Origin: Squalus acanthias
Lineage: Eukaryota
Length of the DNA: 64,000 nucleotides
Reading direction: 5' to 3'
Assembly: GCA_030390025.1 (NCBI GenBank)
Contig: CM059437.1
Location: 54,374,001-54,438,000 of the forward strand
Below are positions 23,501 to 35,423 of this stretch, in pieces (position 1 is the first letter of the stretch; each line of letters opens with the position of its first letter). Under the pieces are notes generated by a model that did no database searches, was not told where the DNA came from, and worked only from the letters and a program-made list of their open reading frames with translations. Position numbers and translations under genes: made by a program.

Positions 23501-25407
23501 TCCCCACATGGACACTCAGCAGCCTTCCACCATCCGTGCTGCAGCCACTGAGCCAACACTTCGTAGGAGCACCAGAGTAGGCCAAGGCACAGTAACGAGG
23601 GGCACTAAGGAATTGCACAGGGGTGAATAGTTAATAGATTTGTTGTAAATATGTGTTCACTTATTATTGATAAAATTATTAATTCAGTTGGGATTCTTTA
23701 GTGGAGTGTCTCATTTCGGCTTTGCGCTGTTATATGGCCTGTGACAGGGATGGAATGATGGAGATGTGGTGAGCAACGGGGATGTGGGGTTCAATTCATT
23801 GGAACCACAGTCTGATGAGGCGGTCACGGTCCACCCTTCCAGGAGGCCGATTGAGTGGCTGCCTCCTCCCTCGCTCCTGTTCCTCGTCCTCCTCCTCATC
23901 CTCCTCCTCGTCTTCATCCTCGTCCTCGTCCTCGGCCTCTTCTTCCTCCTGTGGTAGTCCCGCAATCCTTGGTGGCAAGGGCTCGGCCCTCATGATGGCC
24001 AAGTTGTGGAGCATGCAGCAGGCCACCACGAAATGGGACACACACTCAACCAAGTACTGGAAGGCTCCTCATGAGCGGTCAAGGCAGCGGAACCATTGCT
24101 TGAGCACCCCGATGGCCTGCTCGATGATGTTCCTGGTGGTGGTATGGCTCTCATTATATGAGTGCTGACCAGGACTGTTGGGGTTGCAGAGGGGAGTAAT
24201 AAGCCAGGTGGAGAGCGGATAGCCTTTGTTTCCGACCAGCCAGCCACGAGCTTCATATGCTGGCTGGAAGAGTGCTGGCACACCGGTCTGGTGCAGAATG
24301 AAGGCATCGTGGCTGCTGCCATGATAGTGAGCATTCACATTGAGGATTAGCTGTCTGTGGTCGCACACCAACTGCACATTAAATGAGTGATAGCCTTTGC
24401 GGTTATGGAAGACCTCAGGATTGTTATGCAGTGCTCGCAAAGCCACGTGGTGCTGTCAATGGTGCCCTGCACCACGGGGAAGACCGCTATCCTGGAAAAG
24501 CCACATGAACACTCGTCCTCCTTCTCTCTGGTGATGGGGAAGGAAATGTAGTCCCTTCTCCTACTGTAGAGAGCCTCTGTGACATGCCAGATGCAGCGAT
24601 GGATGGCGAACTGCGAGATGTTAGCTATATCTCCTCTTGCAGACTGGAAGGAACCGCTGCTGAAGAAATTGAGGGCGACAGTGACCTGGACTGATAGAGC
24701 CGTGGTCGCACTGATCTGAGGCTCGAGGTCAGGTTGCAGGAGGTGTCAGAGTTCTGTGACCACCTCCTTGCTGAAGCGGAGCCTTTTATTACACTGCTCC
24801 TCACTAAATTGGAATACCCTTGGAGGGTAAGGACTCCTGTTGAGAGCCCTGATGGCCCTCCTCCTCCCTCTGGCCACATGTTCAAATCTTTGTTGCCGCC
24901 TCAGCTCCCTCCACCATAGATCCTGGAGGGCGAGGTCGACTGCCAGTACAGGCCCCACTTAGATATCTTTCCAGAATAAATATCACTAATTCTTAGCAGC
25001 CAGAACACTCGTGAAAGTAACAAACCTTTAAATTAGTGAATTCAGCTGTTTCACAATCTCAAACTGACAAGGAAGCAATGAAACAGCACCAACCTGAAAG
25101 CTGCGACTGATCCCTTTAAATAGCGCCCCTGGAGCTGCCTTCCACCTGCATCACGCCTCCACTTCCTGTCGTCGTTGGGGCGAGGCGCTAAGGCAGGGGG
25201 CGCTAACTGAGCGTTGCACACTCGTTCACGTCACAATCTTTCTGGTGCTAAAGGCCCAGGCACTAACTGTTAATATTTGTACTAAAGGGGGACTGAATTT
25301 AATGTGCTGCACTGCATTCGCTGTGCCCCAGCGCTATAGGATTGGCACACTGTTAGCATCTCTGCCAGGCACTAACGGGAGGCAAAAACCGACTGAATTT
25401 CGCCCCT
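20579..25407. mobile_element. PIF/Harbinger element C, copy 1 (degenerate Myb/SANT gene on +, degenerate transposase on - at ~23796-24958)
   Basis: Imperfect 14-bp TIRs GGGAGAGAAATTCA / TGAATTTCGCCCCT, flanked by CGC and CAC; empty paralogous site with a single CAC at 8645-8647. Myb motif RARRF..LEALV..W..CKKKFTDL (20894-21150); transposase HNRKGYHS..HDAFI..GNKGY..IEQAIG. Confidence 0.9.
22307..23413 (+). mobile_element. CR1 3' fragment inserted in the Myb gene of Harbinger C copy 1
   Basis: FADD, RPHLEYCVQFWSP and RGDLIE motifs plus a CR1 tail. Confidence 0.9.
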
Positions 25408-26440
25408 CACGACTCTTTTCATACAACAGCCTCGTTTCCCTGCGGGGGATTGATAAATTAATTGCGCCAGATAAACAAGTCTTTTGTATCTTGCATGTTG
25501 CTGTTGTGAGCTGCAAGTTGGGCGATTTTTCATATATCTCTTGTTGCTGCTTTAAAGGACCCAGGAGTATAATAACGCATGGCAGAAGGATTTAACCGTC
25601 ACTGCCTTGGATCAGTTTCTACGTTTGGCTTCAGGGTGTTGCAAAGTTCCCTTGTGGCCTCTTTAGTGAATAATGAACTTCACTTGCAACATCCTTGTAA
25701 CATACTCAGCAATGATTGTCTTGGCCTCTGTACTGGACTAGGTCCTATTAGATGGCCGCAGGTGCCAGTACACTGTATTTCATGCCTTATTAGAGGATGG
25801 AAGTTATCATAATTACATTGTATAACATGACAGCTGCACGACTCTATCAATATTTAGAGTATCTACACGTTCGGGCTACTGTTAAAATGTATTCGTAGAA
25901 AAAATATTTCAATGAGTTAGAGTCATAGGGGGAAAATTCAGTTGGTTGCATCTCCCGTTAGCGCCTTAAGAGGGCGCCAATGGGGCGCAAAGCAACTCGC
26001 GCCCGAGCGCAGCGATGTTTCCGCAGCTCGCGAAATTAACTAGACATTTTGCGGCGGCGCTAAATTTTATTGCTGCGATCTCCGGCACACGCAGATCTTG
26101 CCATCATACGAGGGTGCAACGCCCTTGTGGCGCCCCGGAGCAGAAATTGAGTGGTGCCCCCATCCTTTCTGCCTGGCGCAACCAACGACCGGAAGACTGG
26201 AATGCTCCCCAGTCGCTGTGGGGCTGTGGGGGCGCTATTTAAAGGGGGCCTCTTCCTGTCTTTCTCTGTGGTTGACATTTTTGCACCACTCGTTCTGAGA
26301 AAGAGAGAGAGAGATTCGGAGAGAGAGAAAGAGAGACTTCTGCATTGAGTCAACGCTCTGTGAGGTAAATTTTGGCTACTGATCATAACTTTGCAATTAC
26401 TTTGGTTTTTCACCTTCATAACTTTGTTTGGCAAGAGACT

Positions 26441-27601
26441 CTGGGGGTTGCACTGATTGGGGGCGTCGTCCTGCGCCACCAGAATCGGAGGACACAGAGA
26501 CGCAGAGAGAGAGTGGCAATCATGGCCAGACGGAGGAGGGCCAACAGGCCTCTGTACAGGAGACCTTACCCTCCCAGGGTATATCGCCAACAATTCACAT
26601 CTATTAATATGTCTGAGGAGCAGAGTTTGCGAAGGCTGCGCTTCAGCAAAGAGGTAGTCACTGAGCTCTGCCATCTGCTGCAGCCAGATCTGCAACCTCA
26701 ACTGAGGTCCAGGACGTCTCTGTCGGTGGCAGTGAAGATCACAGTGGCTCTGAACTTTTATGCCACTGGCTCATTTCAATCAGCTACTGGGGACATCGCC
26801 AATATCTCCTAGTTCACGGTGCATTGCTGCATCCATCAGGTCACAAATGCCCTCTTTAAAAAGAGACGAGAGTGTATCTCTTTCCCCATGACCCCAGACA
26901 AGCAGCAAGAACGCGCAATGGGCTTTGCTAGGATAGCGGGCTTCCCCATGGTGCAGATCGCCATTGACTGCATGCATGTGGCTTTGCATGCTCTGCATGA
27001 GAATGCCGAGGATTTCCGCAACAGAAAGGGGTTCCATTCCTTAAACGTTCAGTTGGTCTTTGACCACAGACAGCTGATACTCGCTGTCAATGCCCACTAT
27101 CCTGGCAGCTGCCACGATGCATTCATCCTGCGCCAGACTACTGTGGCAGAACTTTTCCAGGCACCACATCAGCCAGTTGGTTGGCTTCTCGGGGACAAGG
27201 GATATCCACTGAGCACCTCGCTGATGACACCGCTCCGTACGCCCAACGCCCCTGCTGAGCTGCCGTACAACGAGAGCCATCAAGCTACCAGGAACATCGT
27301 TGAGCACACAATCGGCGTGCCCAAGTAACGGTTCCGCTGTCTGGACCATTCTGGAGGAGCCCTGCAGTACTCGACTGAGCGAGTTTCCCACTTCGTAGTT
27401 GTGTGCTGCATGCTGCATAACCTGGCAATCCTCAGGACCCAGCCAATGCCACCAGGCCTTGGAGCACCACCAGAGGAGGAGGAGGAAGAGGAGGAGGAAG
27501 AGGAGGAAGATGATCATCAGCAGCACCAAGGCGGGAGGGGGGCCCACAATGTAGAAACTGGAAGGGCCGTCCGTCAACGGCTGATAGCAAGCCGCTTCTA
27601 G
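26441..27601 (+). pseudogene. Harbinger (HARBI1-family DDE) transposase of element B with two premature stops
   Basis: ORFs 26372-26812, 26819-27328 and 27401-27601 are in one frame; IDCMH, GDKGY and RNIVEHTIG catalytic motifs present; stops TAG 26810-26812 and TAA 27326-27328. Start uncertain (CTG 26441 by homology to element C, or ATG 26522). Confidence 0.9.
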
Positions 27602-27900
27602 GCCCCTGCTGAGGAAATGGCTTCTGCCATTGAGAACAACATGAATGAAACCAACCCGCAACCCCTAAGCCGGCCAAGGCAGCAATGATTCCAAAGACCA
27701 AACATGTACATTTTGAATGCAAAAGCTTATTTATTTCACAAATTCTGTGTGTTTCATTTCCTCATGACAAACTAATGGAAAGAAACACAAAAACACAGTC
27801 AATAACATAACTGGTTCTCACAACCTGGAGATAATGTTCAAAAGTTTGACCACGAACCTCAGCATTTAATAAAAAAATGACCAACATTTTGTCACACCTC

Positions 27901-29774
27901 CTACTTTTTGCCCTTCGAGGGTGATCTCCTTCCCTTGCGCACTTCCCCCCTTCCCACCCTACTGCTCCTCCGTAATGGGACCTCAGTGGCTGCAGCAAGG
28001 CTGGTGGAAGTCTGCTGATTGTCAGAACCTGAGACTGCAGATGCCCTTGAAGGACGGCCTCGACCAGCTCTGGGCCTGGAGGGCCTGGCTGCAGACTGCA
28101 CCAACTCTGCATGGGCGGCAGCAGTCTGTCCTACAGGCAGTGGCAAGTGCAGTGGAGAAGTGACAGTGGTGGCAGCAGGAATGCTGTCATCTTGAGAGAG
28201 GACAGCAACTCCCTGCTCGACCGACACAATGGCACTCCCACGGGGCAGCAATTCAGCATCTGGAACAATCTGCTGGAGCACAGATTGCTGGCCTGCTGCG
28301 GCGCCGTGAGAGCCCAGGGGAAATGTGTACGAACCATCGAGGATGGCAGCTGTCAGTGCTCGCGTGGCCTCAATCTGAGTCTGCATGAGAGCAGTCTGAG
28401 ATGGGTTCATGGCAGCCAGTGACGGAATTGCAGCACTAAGCTTTAGTGTGACATCCGCCTGTGCTACAATGAAGTGCTCCACACTCCTTGCCAGTGATTC
28501 AATGCATTCGGGCACCCTACCCACTGCACCCAAGAGCTCAGTGTGCATGTCCACCGCCTGGGTGTTCATTTCAGCGATAAGCCGCTCCTCCTCTGCGTCC
28601 AGTGCAGTAGGACTCGCTGGCATACTCTCCCTCTGGGGAGAAGGCCCGCGAGCTTCCCAACCCCCATGGCGTTGCTGCAGCCCGCTGGGTCCTGGAGCTT
28701 CACCCTCATCAGAACCTTCCCCCCTGCTCCCCTCCAGGGAAGGCGTGTTCCCAGTGTGGGCATGGGCTTCCTCGGGAGAGGGTGGCGCTGATGCTCCGCC
28801 TTCATCTTCCTTCTTGGCTGCAGCTTCACTCCCACTGGCAGCTTGAGGGCCCGTCCCATCAGCTGGTGAATCACCATCTGAAAGCAGGGAGGTACAAGAG
28901 TGTCTTTAGCGTGAGGACAGGGGGGCAGTAAGGGAGGAATAAGTGCAGCGATTTAGTAAGTTGGATTGAAAGTGTCAAAGGCTGGTGTTGTGAGGGACAA
29001 GTGGAAGGACAGAGGACAAAAAGGTGATGACCTTACCATTGCTGTCCAGAACGGGGTCGGCGTTTCCAGTGGCGATGGGACCGATCACCCGGCTTGCCAC
29101 AATCCTGTGGACACGCACCTCAAGATCGCTGAGGGGTTGCAGCTGAGGCCGCCCTCCACCCGTCCGTTGCTGCTGTCTCCTATTATGAGATAGCTTGGCC
29201 TGCAAGAAAAAGGACGACGTCTGAGTAAATATACAGCCATGGTCTTGCCTGATGTGCCTCCCATAGGTGAATAGTCCTTACTGTATGCAGCCATGGTCTT
29301 GCCTGATGTGCCTCCCATAGGTGAATAGCCCTTACTGTATGCAGCCATGGTCTTGCCTGATTTGCCTCCCATAGGTGAATAGCCCTTACTGTATGTAAAG
29401 TGTGGAATGTGCGTGTGTGTTTCATGAGAGGGCCATAGGTGTTGGATGAGTGTTGTGCATTGGGGTTTTTAGACCCTCTGGCCATAGAGTAAGGTTGAGA
29501 TGGAGGGATGGAGAGGTATTGAAAAAAAGCCACTCACCCTGATGGTCCGAGTAAGGTCGTTGAACTTTTTTCGACATTGTATATGGGTCCTGGGCACTAT
29601 GCTCCTGGAGGAGACGCTCTGAGCCACGTCCCTCTGCACTCTTCTGTACTCACGTGGCAAAGGCCTCCTGCCACTCTCAGGGAAGAGTATAGATCTTCTG
29701 CGCTCCACCGCGCCAACCAGAGCATCCAAGGCCCGTTTACTGAAGCGCTGAGCTCGTTCTCTCACCCTCTCCAT
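27901..29774 (-). CDS. Harbinger Myb/SANT-like DNA-binding protein, 3 exons (29774-29538, 29199-29037, 28877-27901), predicted intact at 458 aa
   Basis: Exon 1 RERAQRFSKRALDALV..CRKKFNDL; exon 2 AKLSHNRRQQQRTGGG; canonical GT-AG introns of phase 0 and 1; 237+163+977 = 1377 nt with no internal stop in my manual translation. Confidence 0.8.
29234..29395. repeat. 54-bp tandem repeat x3 in intron 1 of the Myb gene
   Basis: Units start at 29234, 29288 and 29342. Confidence 0.9.
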
Positions 29775-31528
29775 AGTCCTTGGCTAGAAGATTTAGGCAC
29801 ATGTCTCTCCAGGCCGAGATTCAAGGCTCCAATGAGCAGGGTGTGGCTGGAGTGCACGATCGACCCTCCCCTTTAAGAACTGTCCGGCGCCAGTGTCTCT
29901 TTGTTCCATCGCTAACTGACAGCACCTGCGCTGTGCCCGCACTCTGAGAAAGCGCCTCGCTCCTCGGCCTTTGCGCCTTAAGACAGGTGTGTAGCGCCAG
30001 GCGCCAATCTTCGCGCCCGGCCGATAATTGCGCCCCAAATGGGGTGATACTCAATTTCTCCCCCATAGACTTATACAGCACAGAAAGAGGCCCTTCGGCC
30101 CATCGTGTCCGAGCTGGCCATCAAGCCCTGTCTATTCAAATCCCATTTTCCAGCACTTGGTCCGTAGCCTTGTATGCTATGGCGTTTCAAGTGCTCATCT
30201 AAATGCTTCTTGAATGTTGTGCGGGTTCCTGCCTCTACCATTCTTTCAGGCAGTGAGTTCCAGATTCCAACCACCCTCTGGGTGAAAAGTTTTTCCTAGA
30301 ATCCCCTCTAAACCTCCTGCCCCTTACCTTGAAACTGTGCCCCCTGGTTATTGACCCCTCTACTAAGGGGAAAAGTTCCTTTCTATCTACCCTATCTATA
30401 CCCCTCATAAGTTTGTACACATCAATCAGGTCCCCCCTCAGCCTTCTCTGCTCTAAGGAAAACAACCCAAGGCTGTCCAGTCTCTCTTCATAGCTGAAGC
30501 GCTCCAACCAGTTAACATCCGGGTGAATCTGCTCTGCACCCTCTCCAATGCAATCACATCCTTCCTATAGTGTGGCGACCAGAACTGCACACAGTATTCC
30601 AGCTGTGGCCTAACTAGCGTTTTGTACAGCTCCACCATAACCTCCCTGCTCTTATATTCTATGCCTCGGCTAATGAAGGCAAGTATCCCATATGCCTTTT
30701 TAACCACCTCATCTACCTGTCCTGCTACCTTCAGGGATCTATGTACATGCACACCAAGGTCCATCTGATCCTCTGTCCTTCCTAAGGTCCTACCATTCAT
30801 TATGTATTCCCTTGTCTTGTTAGTCCTCCCAAAATGCAGCACCTCACACTTTTCAGGGTTAAATTCCATTTGCCACTGTTCTGCCCATCTGACCAACCCG
30901 TCTATATCGTCCTGTAGCCTGAGGCTTCCCTCCTCGCTATTTACCACTCCACCAATTTTCGTGTTATCTGCGAACTTACTGATCATACCTCCTACATTCA
31001 TATCTAAATAATTAATGTACACTACAAACAGCAAAGGACCCAGCACCGATCCCTGTGGTACACCACTGGACACAGGCTTCCAGTCACAAAAACAACCTTC
31101 GACCATCACCCTCTGCCTCCTGCCAATAAGACAATTTTGGATCCAATGTGCCAAGTTGCCCTGGATCCCATGGGCTCTTACCTTCTTGACTAGTCTCCCA
31201 TGCGGGACTTTGTCAAAAGCCTTACTGAAGTACATGTAGACTACATCAACTGCACTACCCTCATCCACACACCTAGTCACCCCCTCGAAAAATTCAATCA
31301 AATTGGTTAGACATGATACCCACCTGACAAAGCCATGTTGACTATCTTTGATTAATCCTTGCCTCTCCAAGTGGAGACTAATTCTGTCCCTCAGAATTTT
31401 TTCCAATAATTTCCCTACCACTGATGTTAGGCTCACTGGCCTGTAATTCCCTGCTTTATCCCTACTACACTTCTTGAATAATGGTACTACGTTAGCTGTC
31501 CTCCAGTCCTCTGGCACCTCCCCTGTGG

Positions 31529-31768
31529 TCATGATGCGGAGATGCCGGTGTTGGACTGGGGTGGACAAAATTGAGAGGTCGCACAACACCAGGTTATAGT
31601 TCAACAGTTTTATTTGAAATCACAAGCTTTCGGAGCTATCGATTTGCTCCTTCCTCAGGTGAAGTGTACCTTCACCTGAGGAAGGAGCAAATCGATAGCT
31701 CCGAAAGCTTGTGATTTCAAATAAAACTGTTGGACTATAACCTGGTGTTGTGCAACCTCTCAATTTTG
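31529..31768. mobile_element. Palindromic Penelope-like mini-insertion (99-bp arms 31566-31664 / 31670-31768) with 13-bp TSD
   Basis: Arms are reverse complements with 2 mismatches; ACCTCCCCTGTGG duplicated at 31516-31528 and 31769-31781. The Penelope assignment is inferred from the hammerhead and inverted architecture. Confidence 0.8.
31672..31714 (+). ncRNA. Minimal type I hammerhead ribozyme motif (mirror copy on the - strand at 31620-31662)
   Basis: TCAC-CTGAGGA-A-GGAGC(AAATCGATA)GCTCC-GAAAGC-TT-GTGA: stem I TCAC/GTGA, core CUGANGA and GAAA, stem II GGAGC/GCTCC, palindromic AAGCTT helix III. Confidence 0.7.
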
Positions 31769-31974
31769 ACCTCCCCTGTGGCCAGAGAGGTTCTGAAAAT
31801 TTGTGTCAGAGCCCCTGCAATCTCCTCCCTTGCCTCACACAGCAGCCTGAGATACAACTCGCCTTGGTCTGGGGATTATCCACTTTTAAGCCAGCTAAAA
31901 CCGCTAGTACCTCCTCCCTCTCAATGCTAATTTTTACAAGATACAATAATAGAATGAAGCGCCAAGACACTGAA

Positions 31975-32235
31975 TATGTGTGCGTGTGAGTGGGTGTGGG
32001 TAGGGGCAATGTGTGAGGTTGGGGACGTGTTTAAGGTTGGGAAATGTGTGTGGGGGTGTGGGGGGAGAGTGTGGGGGGTATGTGGGTAGGGGTGGGCATG
32101 TCAGCGTGTGGATGACGGGATGTCAACTTAACCCATCGTGTGTGGGGTGAGGAATGTGTATGGGGGTGTGGGGGGAGAGTGTGTGGGGTGTGTGTGTTGG
32201 GGGGGGGGACGGTGTGGGCATGTCAGCGTGTGGAT
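31975..32235. repeat. G/GT-rich tract upstream of cluster 2
   Basis: Paralog of 9195-9650. Confidence 0.85.
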
Positions 32236-33460
32236 GACGGGATGTCAATTTAACCCATCTGTCCTAGGTATCGAACACCAGAACCTCTTGCCTGTACAGC
32301 GAAAGGGTGAGGAAATAAAACATTAAACACTCGCAACATGATTAAGAATTGTTGTCGTGAACTGTTTGTGGAGTTCACTGATAAAATAATTTAATGTTTG
32401 GACAATAAAAGAGTGGCTCCCTTTTGGAGATCTTCCCGTTCTGTTTCCCACATGATAGAAAGAGCAGCAGCGTAAAGGGCGTAATTAAATGCCCATCTCT
32501 GGTTAACTGCCCTAAATAGCAACGACTTACTTCAACCTGTTGGTTCACATAGTTCACGCTCTTCTGCGCAATGAAGCAAGTTAATCTTCAATGCACCTCT
32601 ACAGTATGTAACAGTTCGCTCTCCCAGACCATCGCCTGCCGGTAGCGCGGGTAGTACAATCTACCCTCTGAGCGATTCCAAGGTCTCCATAATGAGCGAT
32701 AATATTGATGCCATTCTCTCTCTAAAAAAAGCACTCCCCTTTAAAACATGGAATTAAAAGCTGCAGTTTTTAAAGATTTTGGGAGAACTAGTTTGCAGAA
32801 TATCATCATCAAATATTGTTTATTGACGTTGTTGGATTTAAAAATGAGTTATTCGTGGGCGATGAATGTCAAAAATGGAAGAAAATCGAAATCAATAAGG
32901 TTTGTGTTATCAGAAGAATAAGGAGATGTGCGATATGCCACATTCTCTGCTCGCAACCTTCAGTTGTCTTAGTGCAGTGGTTGAATCACTGTAGCTTGAT
33001 ATCTCTTTCGATTGAACAATAATCAATGCGTAAAATTGCACAGTGCAGTTTTGCTATACATACCTTTCAGGTTTGCATGTAATTCGATTGGCCTTCATTT
33101 TAACAGATTTTTAATAGTGTAATGTCTCTGTTAAATAGCAACAATGGAATTTCATGTGAACTCATTCAGCGTCCCCATGCTAAAATGGACAACGTGATTT
33201 CACCTCAACTATTTCTGCATGTCGAGACGAGTCCAGTATTTAAAAAATATATTGGCTAAAATTCACTTTATGCAAACGTCAATCAGACCAATTCCAATGA
33301 TCCAATAAACGGCCGCGAGATGTAGAAATTTGAATAAATATTAAATGCGACCTGATAGCCCCCTGTGTAATTGCTTTTAAGGAGAGGTTTAGAAGGTGCC
33401 GCATCATTAGGGTCGTGCAGGGAAACATTTTGCTCTGATCTTGTTAAAAAAATCTGCAAA

Positions 33461-34009
33461 ATGAGTGAGTGGCTTCGTGTTCTCGCCGCCCTGATGTGCT
33501 GTTTGCAATGTAATTAGAGTGCTGTAAAAGTCTTCAATATTTCTGCTCTTTGTATTACGCTGATCGGGGGCCGTAATTGAGCTTCGCCGGTCTAAATTGC
33601 AATTATTTTCCACGGTTTTACTGAGGATTATTTATCAATAACTTTTTATTTCTCCAGGTACCAACGCGGGTTCGGGTGCTGACTCAGCAACCGTCCATCT
33701 CAACTTCACTGGAAAAAGTCGTCACAATCACTTGCACCATGTCCGGAGGCAGCAAGGGCAGCTATCACACGAGCTGGTACTGGCAGAAACCCGGCAGTGC
33801 CACTGCCCTTGTTTGGAATGACTATGATTCGAGCAGAGGTTCGGGGATTCCTGATCGATTCACTGGATCCAGGGACACGTCGATCAACGTCATGCATTTA
33901 ACCATCAGCAATTTACAATCCTAGGATGCCGCCGATTATTACTGTGGTGCCTGGGGTGGCAGTCCTGTTGTATTCACTTTTGGGAAAGGAACTGAACTGA
34001 ATCTGGGAA
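33461..34009 (+). pseudogene. IGL: Ig lambda-type cluster 2 leader (33461-33509) and fused VJ exon (33658-34009), pseudogene
   Basis: +1 frameshift (TCGG replaces ATT near 33672-33675); TAG at 33922-33924 in the V frame; octamer mutated to ATTTGAAT (33328-33335); CDR3-J CGAWGGSPVVFTFGKGTELNLG. Confidence 0.92.
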
Positions 34010-34680
34010 GTAAGTAAATTTTTCGCTGTGTACGTCGGGGATTCTTAAAGTGTGAGTTTTCAATTGTTGGTTTAATCCGGTTGTTGTGAAAATGCTTTCG
34101 AACATACATTTATAATTCTCCCTCTTGGTGGTTAGAGGGAGATGTATTTCTATTCTGTTTGTTAAATGCTCATGAAACTGTCGCACAACAATTGCAATGT
34201 TATGGATGAAGTTCCAAATAATTATTTTTCGGTGGGTGGAATTCAGCCTGCACCAGTGTAATTATAATTTATTGGTGATTTGCAAAACATTCGTAAAGTA
34301 TTGGTCAATCTGTTTGAGGCGGCATTAAAAAATATCTGGACACTTGTGACTGCCATACATTATCCTCGCGCTGTTCTTCATGACTCGGGTAGAGCTAAAA
34401 AAAAAAACTACAACGTGAAATATTTTATAATTCCCCGACACGGTGCCATTAAAAATTCCCAATCAGAGATTGGGAGCGTGTGTCATTCATGCGATACTCT
34501 CAGTATTGTATTTCATGTTAGTCATAATTTCACTTGTAAGTAACGGATAATTATATTGGGTTTGGGATTGGGTTAGAAATCTTAATATAAATTACAGATT
34601 TTAAGAAGTTGATGGTCTTTTCTGCAGACAGGGATATTGAGGTTATCAGAGATAAAATGTGATTAGAGGTTTGTTGCCTT

Positions 34681-35423
34681 GGGCCAAAAATTCATCCCGC
34701 TGCGCGAGAGTACGCACTGCGTACTCTCGCGTATTCTCTCTCCAATTGCCGGTTTTCTGCATGCCCTGCGCATGCGCTGAAAACCGGCACTTGGTCTTTT
34801 GAAAAGGGGGCGGTTCCTCGGTGCATCGCGTGCGCGCTGCAGGCTGCTCGCACGCTGTGCACTTCGTGCTTTGGACGCGCAGGTAAGGACGGAAGATTTT
34901 AGAAATGGAAAAAGGAGGAGTAAGACCCACTTTTAACAAGGTAAGTAGTGAATTAAGTATTTTTTTGAATTTTTTTTAACAGGTATATCTTTTTTAGAGA
35001 CTTTAAAGACAGGTAAGTTTATTTTTATAACTTTTTAAAAGATTTTAAATTTTTTCAAAAATTTAATTTTTAATTTAAAATGGTTATTTTATTTAACTAT
35101 ACTTATTTTATTAATGTGATGGTTTTTTTTTAAATTTAATTGAGGTTTAGCTGTTATTTTGGGGGTGTGTAAGATTCATATATTTCACTGTACGTATGTG
35201 AAACTTATGAATGGAAGATGGTGTGCTGCCATTGGCTCTAACTGAGTCACGTGATCCCACAGCTCGCACGAATTCACTACGCCGGTGGGATACGCAAGCA
35301 CTGCCCAGCTGATGTCTGGAACATCAAGTTCGTGCGAGCTGGATCTGAAAAAGCCAACGCGGAGTGAGAGATGGCGGGGAAGCCTTACCCCCGCGGGAAC
35401 AGAGCGAGATCAATTTCTGGGCC
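34681..35423. mobile_element. ~743-bp Harbinger-type MITE in the J-C intron of cluster 2
   Basis: TIRs GGGCCAAAAATT / AATTTCTGGGCC; GC-rich hairpin ends and an AT-rich core; absent at homologous sites (~12170, ~61805); inverted copy at 49878-50621. Confidence 0.8.

Larger units (their letters stand above)
25928..30064. mobile_element. Full-length PIF/Harbinger element B with 3-bp TSD ATA
   Basis: TIRs GGGGGAAAATT / AATTTCTCCCCC; ATA at 25925-25927 and 30065-30067; convergent transposase and Myb/SANT genes. Confidence 0.92.
30065..31930 (-). mobile_element. 5'-truncated CR1 (RT region); its last tail bases lie at ~25918-25927, beyond Harbinger B
   Basis: ORFs 30453-31604 (RT), 30235-30507 and 30071-30274; tail matches the reverse complement of 42070-42110. 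Confidence 0.92.

Noticed and set aside
26441-27601. Host HARBI1 gene
   Set aside because: Lies inside TIRs with a TSD, has stops and is paired with a transposon Myb gene, so it is a transposon copy.
30453-31604. 383-aa RT ORF with a novel N-terminus
   Set aside because: The first ~25 residues come from chance read-through of the palindromic insertion into CR1 ORF2.
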